Origin: a virus
Direction: 5' to 3' (one strand)
IMG/VR virus record: IMGVR_UViG_3300024983_000137
DNA length: 64,000 nt
Shown: positions 38,624 to 48,689 of the stretch, piece after piece
How positions within the stretch are numbered: the first letter of the stretch is position 1
Layout: every line of letters begins with the position of its first letter
Program-made: the position numbers and the translations under genes
Notes under the pieces: model-generated
The model's input: only the letters and a program-made list of their open reading frames with translations
Databases searched by the model: none
What the model was told of the DNA's origin: nothing

Positions 38624-39067
38624 TTAGAACTCTGTTTGTGCGTGCCATTTGATATCGGATGTAATCAACTCAAATTCGTATTCAGATAACATATCGCCAG
38701 CTGAAAGAGCTCTTCCGTTAGTGAGGAACTCGCAGTTCCGAACTACATCGACCACCAGCTCATCAGCACCTTCTGGGAGATAGGTTACGACTATGTCAAA
38801 CATTGGAATTGACTGTAAGCGTCTGCCACCAGCCGCTTTTTGAATCCCTACCACTTCAAACTGATAAAGCTTGATTTTACATGTCGCCTTATAGTTCCCA
38901 CGCCCCCTGTTATTTGGCATACCTCCGGCGCCAGGATTGTCTTGTTTATCGGTGGTGTCATCGTAAGAAATAGAAGAAAAACCCGTCACGGATCTTCCTA
39001 AAAAATTGAGCCTAACGGAAGCGAATACATGCCGCTTCCCGTTAATTAATGGTTGTAAATCTGCCAT
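38624..39067 (-). CDS. Tail tube protein
   Basis: 147 aa after the sheath; LINGKRHVFASV...ISYDD. Confidence 0.75.
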   Translation of the reverse strand: MADLQPLINGKRHVFASVRLNFLGRSVTGFSSISYDDTTDKQDNPGAGGMPNNRGRGNYKATCKIKLYQFEVVGIQKAAGGRRLQSIPMFDIVVTYLPEGADELVVDVVRNCEFLTNGRALSAGDMLSEYEFELITSDIKWHAQTEF

Positions 39068-39070
39068 GAA

Positions 39071-40276
39071 TTACGAGTTAAAAGGGTTATTAAATCCGAT
39101 TTTGATAATTATCTTTCTGGCAGTTCCTACCGGAGTAATGGTCAGTACTGCTTCCAGCTGAGAGGTTGCCAGGATATCCTGAGCAGGCTCTATTGTGAAT
39201 GTAAATCCGGAGATTTCGCCAGCTGTCAACATTTCATCGGTGATCGTTTTGTTACCGACTTGTTCCAACATAGCTACCACATTAGGAGCGAGCTGACCTG
39301 TATTTGGGTCAACATAGATCGGACTATTCAGATAAGGCAAAAATGCGCGTCTGATCAGGCGGGTAGCTTTATCAATAGTCCGGTTGTTTTCCAGGTAAGC
39401 GAAATCATCAGTTAATGTGGTACAGGTGAATGAATCGTTCCAGTACAAGCCTGCCTGCGGATCATCCGCAAAATCCTTCAGGAACACCAGTCCGTTATCA
39501 TTCATTGTTGTGAGCTGGGATAATGACAGCTGAGAAATTTCAGTTCCACCAACAGCTGCTTTCATCAGGTTGCCGCCGATCTGGTTGAATTTCTGCAACC
39601 ATCCGATATTCTCATGTACAGCTGCTAAGGACGCTGTCCCAAGCGCCCGACCGATAGCACACCGATATTTTGTATCGTTATCCTGAGCAATAGCATAGTT
39701 TTGACCAGCAACTGCAGTTACATTCCGTGCATTTTTGTTGTGATAATTTGTCGATGTGGCAACAGCAACTGTCAAGCCGACCATTTCCACCAAAGCAGAT
39801 AATGGGTAATGATTAGTACGCAGTGTTGTCGTTACTGACTGAGCAGCGGCGATCACTGCATCCAAATCAACAGGCGTTGCCGGAATACCCGTTAACTTAT
39901 CATTGTAGCTGTAGCCGACCAGCTTGACAGCTCCACCGGAACCAAGTACCAAAGGCTCTGTTTTCTGAGTGACCATCTGTGCATACGTCAGTGTATTATC
40001 GACACCATATATCCATACTTCTCCAGTAGATGGATTAGAAAGGAAAAAGTCTTTGATGTTTTCATACACCAATACCTTATTAGTGGTATCATACGTCTCG
40101 TCGATCAGGAGCGCATCCAGGTCAGCCAAAGCTGTCAGCCTGTATGCTTTATTCAACTGAAACCCGCCGACCACTGCAACCGCGTTGAACAACAGACCGC
40201 TAACGCCGTCTGTTGCTGCCACACGTCTTCCAAGGCCTCCGGACTGCTGAACTACTATTACATCATTAAAAGCCAT
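39071..40276 (-). CDS. Tail sheath protein (DUF2586-like)
   Basis: GLYWNDSFT...LENNRTIDKA...ITPVGTARKIIIKIGF C-terminus. Confidence 0.8.
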   Translation of the reverse strand: MAFNDVIVVQQSGGLGRRVAATDGVSGLLFNAVAVVGGFQLNKAYRLTALADLDALLIDETYDTTNKVLVYENIKDFFLSNPSTGEVWIYGVDNTLTYAQMVTQKTEPLVLGSGGAVKLVGYSYNDKLTGIPATPVDLDAVIAAAQSVTTTLRTNHYPLSALVEMVGLTVAVATSTNYHNKNARNVTAVAGQNYAIAQDNDTKYRCAIGRALGTASLAAVHENIGWLQKFNQIGGNLMKAAVGGTEISQLSLSQLTTMNDNGLVFLKDFADDPQAGLYWNDSFTCTTLTDDFAYLENNRTIDKATRLIRRAFLPYLNSPIYVDPNTGQLAPNVVAMLEQVGNKTITDEMLTAGEISGFTFTIEPAQDILATSQLEAVLTITPVGTARKIIIKIGFNNPFNS

Positions 40277-40278
40277 GA

Positions 40279-40692
40279 TTAATCGTTTTGAACAGGTTTG
40301 TAATCTTCCTCGGAAACATCCTCAGTTTCTTCTTCTGTTGCTGCAGGATCATCCGACTGAGGTTTAGAAGCGTCAGCAATAGCTTGAAGCAACTCGGCTT
40401 TTTTAGATTTTGGATTCAGATCCAATCCTAATGTTTTGCCAAATTCAGCCAGTTCCTTATTGGTTTTTGCGGACAGATCGCCTTCTTTAACAAGAGGCAA
40501 TACTTTTGTTTCAGATTCAATTTCAGATTTCTTTACCGTCTCGAACTTTAGTCCTGATTGCTGGTGAAACTGATTGGCATAACCTTCGTTCTTACGGGTG
40601 AAGATCTGGCCGTCTGCGAAGAGGATACATTCCGTTTCCTCCGGATATACCTTGAAGAACTCTTCAAGGCGTGAGATATGCTCTTTTTTCAT
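40279..40692 (-). CDS. Hypothetical virion protein with a short HeH-like motif
   Basis: KTNKELAEFGKTLGL...KKAELLQAI. Confidence 0.5.
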   Translation of the reverse strand: MKKEHISRLEEFFKVYPEETECILFADGQIFTRKNEGYANQFHQQSGLKFETVKKSEIESETKVLPLVKEGDLSAKTNKELAEFGKTLGLDLNPKSKKAELLQAIADASKPQSDDPAATEEETEDVSEEDYKPVQND

Positions 40693-40919
40693 TGTTGTTT
40701 TGTATTAGATGATTTTCGTTCTTCGCGTGGAAGGAGCGCAAGAAACTCCGGGCGGATCTGATCAGGGAACTGAGATTCGGAAACACGAACCCGAGTTTCA
40801 AGGCAGTTATACAGGCGATTTTCAACATCTGACAATCGGCTGTTAACTGTAAACAGCCATACCGCCATAATGCCTGTTGCGCCGTATTTTAATATGTATT
40901 CCGGGAAAAGCTTATCCAT
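40689..40919 (-). CDS. Single-TM membrane protein (holin-like position)
   Basis: One hydrophobic stretch (YGATGIMAVWLFTV), next to the endolysin. Confidence 0.5.
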   Translation of the reverse strand: MDKLFPEYILKYGATGIMAVWLFTVNSRLSDVENRLYNCLETRVRVSESQFPDQIRPEFLALLPREERKSSNTKQQ

Positions 40920-40927
40920 TGCCGTTG

Positions 40928-41491
40928 TTATTTACCAGTCCAAAATTCCGGGTATGCTTCTTTGACCTTGAATGACGGGCAGGCTTTAGCTGCTACTTCA
41001 TTATGGCCGATCACTTTAATATTGGGGATCAGTCTGCGTATCTCTTCCAGGCATACTTTTAACAGGTGTTTCTGGAGTTCCGTCCGGGTGTCTTTTGGCT
41101 TCCCGGAGGAATCAATACCGCCGATATAGGAGAAATGCACTCCACAGGCATTATATCCTATCGCGCCGTTCGTCACGTTATTGAAGTCCGACAGAACAGT
41201 AAATCCGGACGTACCTATCAGTATGTGATAGCCGGGATTCTGCCACTTTAAAGTATTCTTCCAATAGTTTAAAATAGATGATACAGAAGCTGTCGGCTGG
41301 GTAGCTGCACAGTGAATCACCGCGTGAGTTATCTTTCTTTTAATTGAGAGATTTTTGAAGTACTCTCTCAGCTCCTGTTCGCTTTTAGCAGCCGGACATT
41401 CTTCCTGAATATCCGGGACAGCCATGAAATCTAAATCCTCACAAAATTCTGATTCGGCAAGAATTCCAACCTGATAAAGCTCCTGTATCAT
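40928..41491 (-). CDS. N-acetylmuramoyl-L-alanine amidase (endolysin)
   Basis: VIHCAAT, GYHILI, IGHNEVAAKACPSF zinc-amidase motifs. Confidence 0.88.
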   Translation of the reverse strand: MIQELYQVGILAESEFCEDLDFMAVPDIQEECPAAKSEQELREYFKNLSIKRKITHAVIHCAATQPTASVSSILNYWKNTLKWQNPGYHILIGTSGFTVLSDFNNVTNGAIGYNACGVHFSYIGGIDSSGKPKDTRTELQKHLLKVCLEEIRRLIPNIKVIGHNEVAAKACPSFKVKEAYPEFWTGK

Positions 41492-41510
41492 CTGTATCTG
41501 TGTTTAGTAG

Positions 41511-42524
41511 TTAAGCAGCTGGTGAATAGATCGCCGCAATTCCTTTGTTTCTGATCGGCATGGATAATCCGCGCATTTGGAAACCAAATTTGTCACCTCG
41601 TTCATCCGGATCTTTCTCTCTGGCGAACATATCAACAGTTCCCTGCGCTCTCATTACTTCATCTTTATGAAATGCAATGGATGCACGCACGTCTGTGGAA
41701 GGAGCATCAGTTGCCTGCCATGCCACTTTAGCACCAGTTGTTTTGTTGTAACGAGGTAAGCGCTTGGATGCCAAAGAATAGAGTTTGAACCCGTACAACG
41801 ACTTATCTTTCAGCAACTGGTTGTACAGATCCCGGTCTTCATTCTGCAGATCCATTCTGTGTTGAGCTGACAGTACAAGAATTCTTCCTTCTGACGGCAT
41901 CTCAGCTTCATCAAATTGCCGTTGTAGATTCAACACGTCGGCAAACGTCAGGCGTTTATTACCGGAACCATTGTTGGCACCGGTAGCGGTGATAATAGGT
42001 GTATAAGTACCGTTTGTTGCAGGGGCGATCCGGAAAGCGGCATATTCCATAAAGCGCATTCTCAATGCCATCCGATGACCGAAAAGAACAGAGGAGCGTT
42101 TATCATACGAAAGCTCTGCCGTTTCAATGGCACGAATCAGCGTATTCTCTGTATCATACGTATCCAGCGGCAGTGCCAGTGCTGTATCTGCACGCTGTGC
42201 AGTGGCGATCGGATAAGAAGTATTATTGATCAGCACATCCGGATTAACACCTGCCTCCGCCAAGTTGATAGTGTCATTGTCAACGAATGCTGTCATATCA
42301 CGGCATTCGGATAAGAACATATCATCTGCGTAGAATCCTTCCATCAGATCCGGAAGCCAGATTTCTTTGTTTAATCCTGCCATGGCTGTTGATTCATAGG
42401 AAGGCGTCATAAAGGAGGCGATACCTACACCAACAGCGCCGGCAAAGAAAGGGATGCCAAGAACGGCACTTACGGGAACCGCTATCATCGTGACAGCGAT
42501 CAGGGCGAAAAATAGTTTCTTCAT
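41511..42524 (-). CDS. Major capsid protein with a hydrophobic N-terminal leader
   Basis: Follows the protease gene; core begins AGLNKEIW; first ~40 aa hydrophobic. Confidence 0.75.
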   Translation of the reverse strand: MKKLFFALIAVTMIAVPVSAVLGIPFFAGAVGVGIASFMTPSYESTAMAGLNKEIWLPDLMEGFYADDMFLSECRDMTAFVDNDTINLAEAGVNPDVLINNTSYPIATAQRADTALALPLDTYDTENTLIRAIETAELSYDKRSSVLFGHRMALRMRFMEYAAFRIAPATNGTYTPIITATGANNGSGNKRLTFADVLNLQRQFDEAEMPSEGRILVLSAQHRMDLQNEDRDLYNQLLKDKSLYGFKLYSLASKRLPRYNKTTGAKVAWQATDAPSTDVRASIAFHKDEVMRAQGTVDMFAREKDPDERGDKFGFQMRGLSMPIRNKGIAAIYSPAA

Positions 42525-42543
42525 TGTTGCTTGTGTTTTGATT

Positions 42544-43605
42544 TTACAATTTGATTCCTGTCTTTTGCGCCAGGGCTTTGTAGCGGTCAGGATCTTCTTC
42601 TTTCATTTTTAAAAGCCCGGCAGTGTCTTTTCGGGACCAGTCGGTGAAGCTCCAGTCCTTATTCTCTTCAGATACAGGATTGCCTTTGTTTGCTCCCGGA
42701 GTGACCGGTAGGTTTTCTTTAGCTTGCAACGCGGCTATTCTTCGTGCTGCCAAGTCATAATTGGCTGTTGCCAATTGTTCCCAATCGTCAGACTCTGCCT
42801 TTGGAATTCTGCCGTCAGCAACGGCCGGATCAATCAATGCACGGATGCGTGCTTTAGTCGCAGCAGCTGTCTTTTCCTTCAGATCATCATTCTCTTTAGA
42901 CAATCTTTCTACAGCTTCATTTACCTGCTCGTCTGTAGCGTCATCCGCTACGCCAAGAATTGACTTGGCTTTTGCGCTCAATTTCATGTGCTCATCATTT
43001 TGATTATTACTTGGTTGTTTAATGAATTTCTGATCGAAGGTGTTAGCCAGGGCAGTGAAGGACATGGATTGCAATGCAGCCAGATCGATATCATCCAGCA
43101 CGGTATCTGAGATCTGATCTACTAATCCGGCATTCAGAGCTTCTTCAGCGCTGAACCAGTTGTCACCATTCAGCCAGGCTTTTACTTCCTCTTCGGTTTT
43201 ACCTGTCTTAGCTGCGTACTTGGTTATGAACTGTTTTTCCATTGTCGTCAGCAGCTGTGCTGCTTTGCTCATCGAACTGGCGTTGCCTTCCACGATTCCG
43301 GACGGCGCATGGATCATGACAAAAGCATTATCCGCAATTGATACCGTATTACCTGCCAGCATCAGGATAGATCCCATACTGGCAGCGAGGCCGTCAATTA
43401 CAATGTGGATCTTTGCCTGTGAGTTCCGCAGTGCATTGTAGATAAGATTACCGTCGAATACGCTACCTCCGGGAGTGTGAAGATGAATCGTCGCTTCTGT
43501 CTTTGACTTTAAAAAAGCCTTTAATTCCGATGCGATGTACTGCCCGTCACCACCCCAAATGGTTCCATATAACTGACCTGTTGATCCCTCTGATGTGAAA
43601 TACAT
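42544..43605 (-). CDS. ClpP-like prohead protease with a scaffold-like C-terminus
   Basis: HLHTPGGSVFDG, GLAASMGS, VMIHAP, NWFSAEEAL. Confidence 0.9.
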   Translation of the reverse strand: MYFTSEGSTGQLYGTIWGGDGQYIASELKAFLKSKTEATIHLHTPGGSVFDGNLIYNALRNSQAKIHIVIDGLAASMGSILMLAGNTVSIADNAFVMIHAPSGIVEGNASSMSKAAQLLTTMEKQFITKYAAKTGKTEEEVKAWLNGDNWFSAEEALNAGLVDQISDTVLDDIDLAALQSMSFTALANTFDQKFIKQPSNNQNDEHMKLSAKAKSILGVADDATDEQVNEAVERLSKENDDLKEKTAAATKARIRALIDPAVADGRIPKAESDDWEQLATANYDLAARRIAALQAKENLPVTPGANKGNPVSEENKDWSFTDWSRKDTAGLLKMKEEDPDRYKALAQKTGIKL

Positions 43606-43761
43606 TTTACGTTGTTTTGAACTCCAAAATTGAGGGCGTTTTTTGGCTAAAAAAAATCAGGAAAACACAAGAGTAATGCTACTGTAACATAATGTTTTTA
43701 AGGCTTAAGCATTATGAAAAAGCAATTTTTTAAGGTCTGAAATTCCGCTGAATTTTGATTC

Positions 43762-44202
43762 ATGAATCAAGAGGAAAAAAAGCAGAGAGCGTATGAGTTT
43801 TATGTCCTTTCTTCCGTGAAAAGAACCCGGAAAGAAATTGCCAAACTGGCACAGGTGACGGAGAAAACACTGCGGGAATGGATCGACAAATACGACTGGG
43901 ATAAACTTCGGGAAGCCCGGCAGATCACACGACCACAATTACTTCAGGAAGCCTATGCACAGCTGAAAGCTATCAATCAGGTCATTCAGACAGAACACAA
44001 CAATGTTCCGAACAAAGAGCTGAGTGATGCTAAAGCAGTGATCCGTAAGGAAATTGAAGCGTTTTCATCACAGCCAATTCACCGCTACATTGAAGTGTTC
44101 GAGGAGTTCATCGAATGGCTGTCAAAAAATGAGCCTGTACAGCTCAATACGTTCGGAACGCTTTCTCAGCGATTCATACAGGAACTATCCAAACAGAAGT
44201 AG
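43762..44202 (+). CDS. Terminase small subunit-like (DUF1804-like)
   Basis: N-terminal HTH (KEIAKLAQVTEKTLREWIDKYDW); upstream of TerL. Confidence 0.7.
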   Translation: MNQEEKKQRAYEFYVLSSVKRTRKEIAKLAQVTEKTLREWIDKYDWDKLREARQITRPQLLQEAYAQLKAINQVIQTEHNNVPNKELSDAKAVIRKEIEAFSSQPIHRYIEVFEEFIEWLSKNEPVQLNTFGTLSQRFIQELSKQK

Positions 44203-44207
44203 AAGTA

Positions 44208-45734
44208 ATGGCTGGCGAAACACATAAGCTGAAGGACAAACAGGCAGTCAAGCGCTACGATGAATTAATCCAGCGGATCACGGCTCACAGTCAGATCAAT
44301 CCTTTTGAGACTGACAAGGAAAAGAATGTCCGAATCTCAAAAGCAAAAGCAGACTTCAAGTATTTCGTTGAAACCTACTTCAAACACTACGCAGAGAGCG
44401 AAACTCCTTTTTTTCACATCCGGATAGCAAGAAAAGTACGGCGGAACAAGAAATACAAAGGCTGGCTAAAGTGGGCGCGCGGACATGCTAAATCAGTAGT
44501 TGCTACTGTACTGCTTCCGTTATGGTTGTGGATCAATGATGACATTAAATACATGGTCGTTGTTGGGCAGACGGAAGATAAAGCAAAAATTCTGCTTAGT
44601 GACATTCAGGCAGAGTTCGAATACAACCAACTACTGATTAACGATTTCGGTGTTCAGAAAGGCACTAATAACAAATGGGAAGAAGGGTATTTCGTCACCA
44701 ATTCCGGCTTCAAGGCAAAAGCGCTCGGAATGGGACAGGATCCGCGCGGATTAAGAACAGTTGCTGATCGGCCGGACTATATCGTCGCGGATGACTGGGA
44801 AGGAAAAGATACAGCCAAAAATCCGAAACGCCAGGATGAATATGCCGAATGGTTCCTGCGAGGAGTGATCCCGACAATGGATAACAAAAACAGGCGTGTC
44901 CTTATCGCGCAGAACCACTGGACGCCAAGAATGATCTTTTCCAAGATCGTGGAAGAAAATTCCGGCTGGGATATCGACAGGCTTGACGGTTATGATCCGG
45001 TAACTTATATGCCTACCTGGAAGGAGAAGTACGACCGATGGTTCTTTAAAGAGATCGAGCAGGAAATAGGTACGATCAGAGCGTTAGCAGAGTATAATAA
45101 TACACCACATATCGAAGGTAAGCTATTCCTGGACGAATACATCCAATGGTGTAAGCTTCCGCAGTTACGATCAATGACAGCTATCATAGGCCGCTGGGAC
45201 GTAGCGTTTGCCGGCACAAAGACTTCCGATTATAATGCCGTCCGGATTTGGGGCTTAAAGGATGGTAAAAAATACCTGATCGACTGTTTTGTCAAGCAAT
45301 CCAAAGTAAAAGAGCCACTGAACTGGATCGCCGATTTTCAATCACGGCTTCCTGAAGGAATTAATGTGCAGATAGGTTTTGAAGCGCAGTTCTGGAACGA
45401 AGAGATCTACCGGAACATTAAAGAAGTTGAGGAAGCTAAGAAGATCAGCCTGAACCTGGTTAAGATCGACCGCAGGAAAGGTAATAAGTATGATGACATC
45501 ATTAAGATGTTGCCACAGTACCAGAATAGCCGGATCTATTACAATCACCATCTCCGATCACACAATGATACACAAGTTGGACTGGCACAGCTGAAGGGAA
45601 TCGAGCCCGGCTACAAAACAAAAGACGATGCACCGGATGCAGATACCTACTCTTTCGATTACCTGGATGCTTTCGAACGGCACGACAGGAATCCAAACAG
45701 AACAGGGGGAACAAGAACAAACCGAAAATTTTAG
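44208..45734 (+). CDS. Terminase large subunit
   Basis: WARGHAKS Walker A variant, RPDYIVADD Walker B, WDVA and DDAPDA nuclease motifs. Confidence 0.85.
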   Translation: MAGETHKLKDKQAVKRYDELIQRITAHSQINPFETDKEKNVRISKAKADFKYFVETYFKHYAESETPFFHIRIARKVRRNKKYKGWLKWARGHAKSVVATVLLPLWLWINDDIKYMVVVGQTEDKAKILLSDIQAEFEYNQLLINDFGVQKGTNNKWEEGYFVTNSGFKAKALGMGQDPRGLRTVADRPDYIVADDWEGKDTAKNPKRQDEYAEWFLRGVIPTMDNKNRRVLIAQNHWTPRMIFSKIVEENSGWDIDRLDGYDPVTYMPTWKEKYDRWFFKEIEQEIGTIRALAEYNNTPHIEGKLFLDEYIQWCKLPQLRSMTAIIGRWDVAFAGTKTSDYNAVRIWGLKDGKKYLIDCFVKQSKVKEPLNWIADFQSRLPEGINVQIGFEAQFWNEEIYRNIKEVEEAKKISLNLVKIDRRKGNKYDDIIKMLPQYQNSRIYYNHHLRSHNDTQVGLAQLKGIEPGYKTKDDAPDADTYSFDYLDAFERHDRNPNRTGGTRTNRKF

Positions 45735-45739
45735 ACGCA

Positions 45740-46171
45740 ATGGACTTTTTAACGATAAACGACTTTTTCAAAGTCATTCAGCCGGAAGAGCTGATTGATG
45801 TAGTAGGTGAATATGAAGATCCGACGGATCAGGGAGCTGTCATATTAGATGCGCTGGAGCTGGATGCGATCGGAGAAATGACCGGTTATCTGTCTATCCG
45901 CTATGATGCGGCAAAATGCTTTGATAGCACCACGGACAGGATTCCGATCATTATTCAAAAGTGTGTGGACATTGTGCTATACAATGCCTACAGTGCTGTT
46001 GCTCCGAACAATATTCCAAAGCTTCGGACAACACGCTACGAAAATGCGGTGAACTGGCTGGAGAAAGTAGCGAGCGGTTTTATCGCTCCGGATCTTCCAG
46101 TGAAAGAGGATCAGCCCAAAACACCCCTCAGATATGGCAGCTCGCAAACTAAAACAGACAACTTCTTTTAA
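45740..46171 (+). CDS. Mu gp36-like head-tail adaptor (DUF1320)
   Basis: GYLSIRYD...RYENAVNWLEKVASG. Confidence 0.8.
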   Translation: MDFLTINDFFKVIQPEELIDVVGEYEDPTDQGAVILDALELDAIGEMTGYLSIRYDAAKCFDSTTDRIPIIIQKCVDIVLYNAYSAVAPNNIPKLRTTRYENAVNWLEKVASGFIAPDLPVKEDQPKTPLRYGSSQTKTDNFF

Positions 46172-46173
46172 TC

Positions 46174-47397
46174 ATGGCAAAGAAACAAGCAAAACAAGCA
46201 CCGGAAACGGCACAGCCAAAGCAACGCCCGGACAGACTGGTAACACGTATTATCCGCAGCACTAATGCGCGGTCTAAAAAAGATATTCAGCAATGGCGTG
46301 TCGCGCTGCAGCAAGCAGAGAATGCCGATAACCCAAAGCGGATACTTCTTTATAACATCTATAATGAAATTCTTATTGACGCGCATTTGTCTGCAGAAAT
46401 CGAACGGCGTTTAAATGCACTGCTCGGAAATAAGTACGAATTGTATGACGAAGACGGAACCGCACAACCTGAAGCTTCAGCAATGATCAGAAAAGAATGG
46501 TACAGACAGCTGCTGCGCTGGGCATGGGAAACGATCTTATGGGGCCATTCGCTGGTTGAAATCGAAGCACTCACTCAGGATGGTTTAATCGGAAGCGTGA
46601 GACTGGTGAACCGCTGGCACGTTTACCCGGAACGTGGGATTGTGGCAGTAAAACAAGGCGACGAAAATGGGATTGACTACAGATTAGACAAGAAGTATTC
46701 GCCCTGGTTGTTCGAGATCGGTGATCCGTACGACTTAGGTTTGCTCAACAAATGTGTTCCTCATGTGATCTTTAAACGTTTTGCACAAAGTGCCTATTCA
46801 GAGTACTGTGAAGTGTTGGGGATTCCGCCACGGGTGCTCAAAACTGATGCACTGGATCCGGAACACCTGAACCGCTCCGAAGACATGATGGCAAATATGG
46901 GTACAAACTCTTATGCTGTCATCGGAAAAGATGAAGAGATTGTTTTTGTGAACGCTCAGGGCGGAGATGGTGAGATCTTTACCAATCTGTTTAAAATATC
47001 TTCAAATGAGATTTCCAAATTAATAGGTGGAGCTGTAATCGGAGAAGACTCGCAACAAGGATCAAGAGCAAAAGAACAGGTAGCTTATGATTTAAGCAAG
47101 TCCATCCAGCAAGCGGACAAGACAATGATTGAAAGTGTGATTAACGAGCAGATCATTCCACGTCTTGTTGAAATGGGTTATCCGTTCGCAGGGTTAACTT
47201 TTGAATTTATCCGTGAAAAGAACCTGACTGAAGAACTGGATATGGCTTTGAAAATAGCACAGCAGTTTGATATGGATAAGGAAGGCATAGATTATATGAA
47301 TCAGACGTTCTCTGTACCTGTTGTGAAGCAGAAACAAAATTCCGGGTTCGACGGAGCAGCTCCTGAAGCTAAAGGGAACAGCTCTTTTTTCGGCTAA
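46174..47397 (+). CDS. Portal protein (Mu gp29/DUF935-like)
   Basis: DAHLSAEIERR, DLGLLNK, LGIPPRV; ends T TTT TTC ggc TAA. Confidence 0.85.
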   Translation: MAKKQAKQAPETAQPKQRPDRLVTRIIRSTNARSKKDIQQWRVALQQAENADNPKRILLYNIYNEILIDAHLSAEIERRLNALLGNKYELYDEDGTAQPEASAMIRKEWYRQLLRWAWETILWGHSLVEIEALTQDGLIGSVRLVNRWHVYPERGIVAVKQGDENGIDYRLDKKYSPWLFEIGDPYDLGLLNKCVPHVIFKRFAQSAYSEYCEVLGIPPRVLKTDALDPEHLNRSEDMMANMGTNSYAVIGKDEEIVFVNAQGGDGEIFTNLFKISSNEISKLIGGAVIGEDSQQGSRAKEQVAYDLSKSIQQADKTMIESVINEQIIPRLVEMGYPFAGLTFEFIREKNLTEELDMALKIAQQFDMDKEGIDYMNQTFSVPVVKQKQNSGFDGAAPEAKGNSSFFG

Positions 47398-48689
47398 GCC
47401 CCGATGCACTCGGGGCACAGCTCGCAAAAACGTATGATCTTACTGCCGTAACTGCAGCAAGCAATATCTTCAGTGACGATGAGCTGGAACGAATTGCACG
47501 GAAGTTTTTCAATGATAAGGGCGAACCCGTCGATGATGAACTTTGGAAAAAGAATTATTCCGAATTATCTAAAGCGATCGGAAAGGGTTATACCGTTGTA
47601 ACAGACGAGCAGGATGTCCGGATGAATTACGAGCTGAAAAATAACGTTGCCGTCTTCGCTGCTTTCAAAGCCTGGCGCATGGGTGGAGATGTAAGCAATC
47701 TGCTTGTGGATGAAAATGGTAATAAAAAACAATGGGGCGAATTCCTGAAGGATTACAAAAAGATAAATGGTGATTATAATGTTCACTGGTTATCTGCAGA
47801 ATACAATCTGGCACAACGCCAGGCAAGCGCTGCACGTCAATGGCAGGACTGGCAGCGGGATAAGCATGTTTATCCAAACCTGGAATATATGCCTTCCAAA
47901 AGTGCTAACCCAAGTGAGCAGCACAAGCTCTATTACGGCATTATAAAGCCGATTGATGATCCGATCTGGAATTATATTCTGCCTCCGAGCAGGTGGAACT
48001 GTGATTGCTGGTTAAAACAAACAAGGGAAGATCCTACCGAACATGACGTGGAAGTTCCGACACCACCTGCAGGAATTGTTGGGAATCCCGGAAAGACAGG
48101 AATGATTTTTTCACCGGATCATCCATACATACCGAAAAGCAAGGCTGAAAAGCAGGAAGTGCGGGAATCTTTCAATCAATTGCGAAATGCTTTGAATGAA
48201 GAGTACATTGATTTCAAGGCGAAAAAAGGAAAGGTGCGGGTGAGCATGAACGCAGATCCGGATGATTACCTGGACAACTTCCGGTACGCAAAAAATGTCA
48301 GCGATCAACATCCTGGAGTGTTCAAAATTTTGGCGCATTCAAACAAACAAGGTGTTAAAAACCCGGAGTTCAACTATAAAGGGTTTGTCGGTGACAGAAC
48401 CGCGGCAAAAACATCCTATCCGGAGAAGTACATCAACAATAGCTTTTCGGATAAAATGGGTGTAAAAAAACAGCTCAGAAGCTTTGATAAAACATTCATT
48501 GCGCTGGACTTCGGTAATATTCTTAATGAAGACAACGTGCTTAGGGCTGCTCAACAATTGTATGGAAAGTTCAAACGTTATGAGACCGTTCATTTTGTAA
48601 TCTGCAGGAAAGGTAACAAAACAGTTATACTATCTAATGGCAGCAGCATTAAGGATATGAGCGATAAAATCACAAAAGGACTGCTATAA
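47373..48689 (+). CDS. MuF/gp30-like minor head protein with a C-terminal toxin-like domain; 5' part has no start codon
   Basis: LSAEYN, PNLEY, PPSRWNCDC MuF motifs; frame is open from 47373 but the first ATG/GTG/TTG is at 47622. Confidence 0.78.
   Translation, partial: REQLFFRLSPDALGAQLAKTYDLTAVTAASNIFSDDELERIARKFFNDKGEPVDDELWKKNYSELSKAIGKGYTVVTDEQDVRMNYELKNNVAVFAAFKAWRMGGDVSNLLVDENGNKKQWGEFLKDYKKINGDYNVHWLSAEYNLAQRQASAARQWQDWQRDKHVYPNLEYMPSKSANPSEQHKLYYGIIKPIDDPIWNYILPPSRWNCDCWLKQTREDPTEHDVEVPTPPAGIVGNPGKTGMIFSPDHPYIPKSKAEKQEVRESFNQLRNALNEEYIDFKAKKGKVRVSMNADPDDYLDNFRYAKNVSDQHPGVFKILAHSNKQGVKNPEFNYKGFVGDRTAAKTSYPEKYINNSFSDKMGVKKQLRSFDKTFIALDFGNILNEDNVLRAAQQLYGKFKRYETVHFVICRKGNKTVILSNGSSIKDMSDKITKGLL

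Noticed and set aside
47404-47451. ATG at 47404 as the start of the MuF gene
   Set aside because: It is in the portal frame and stops at 47449-47451; it does not lead into MuF.
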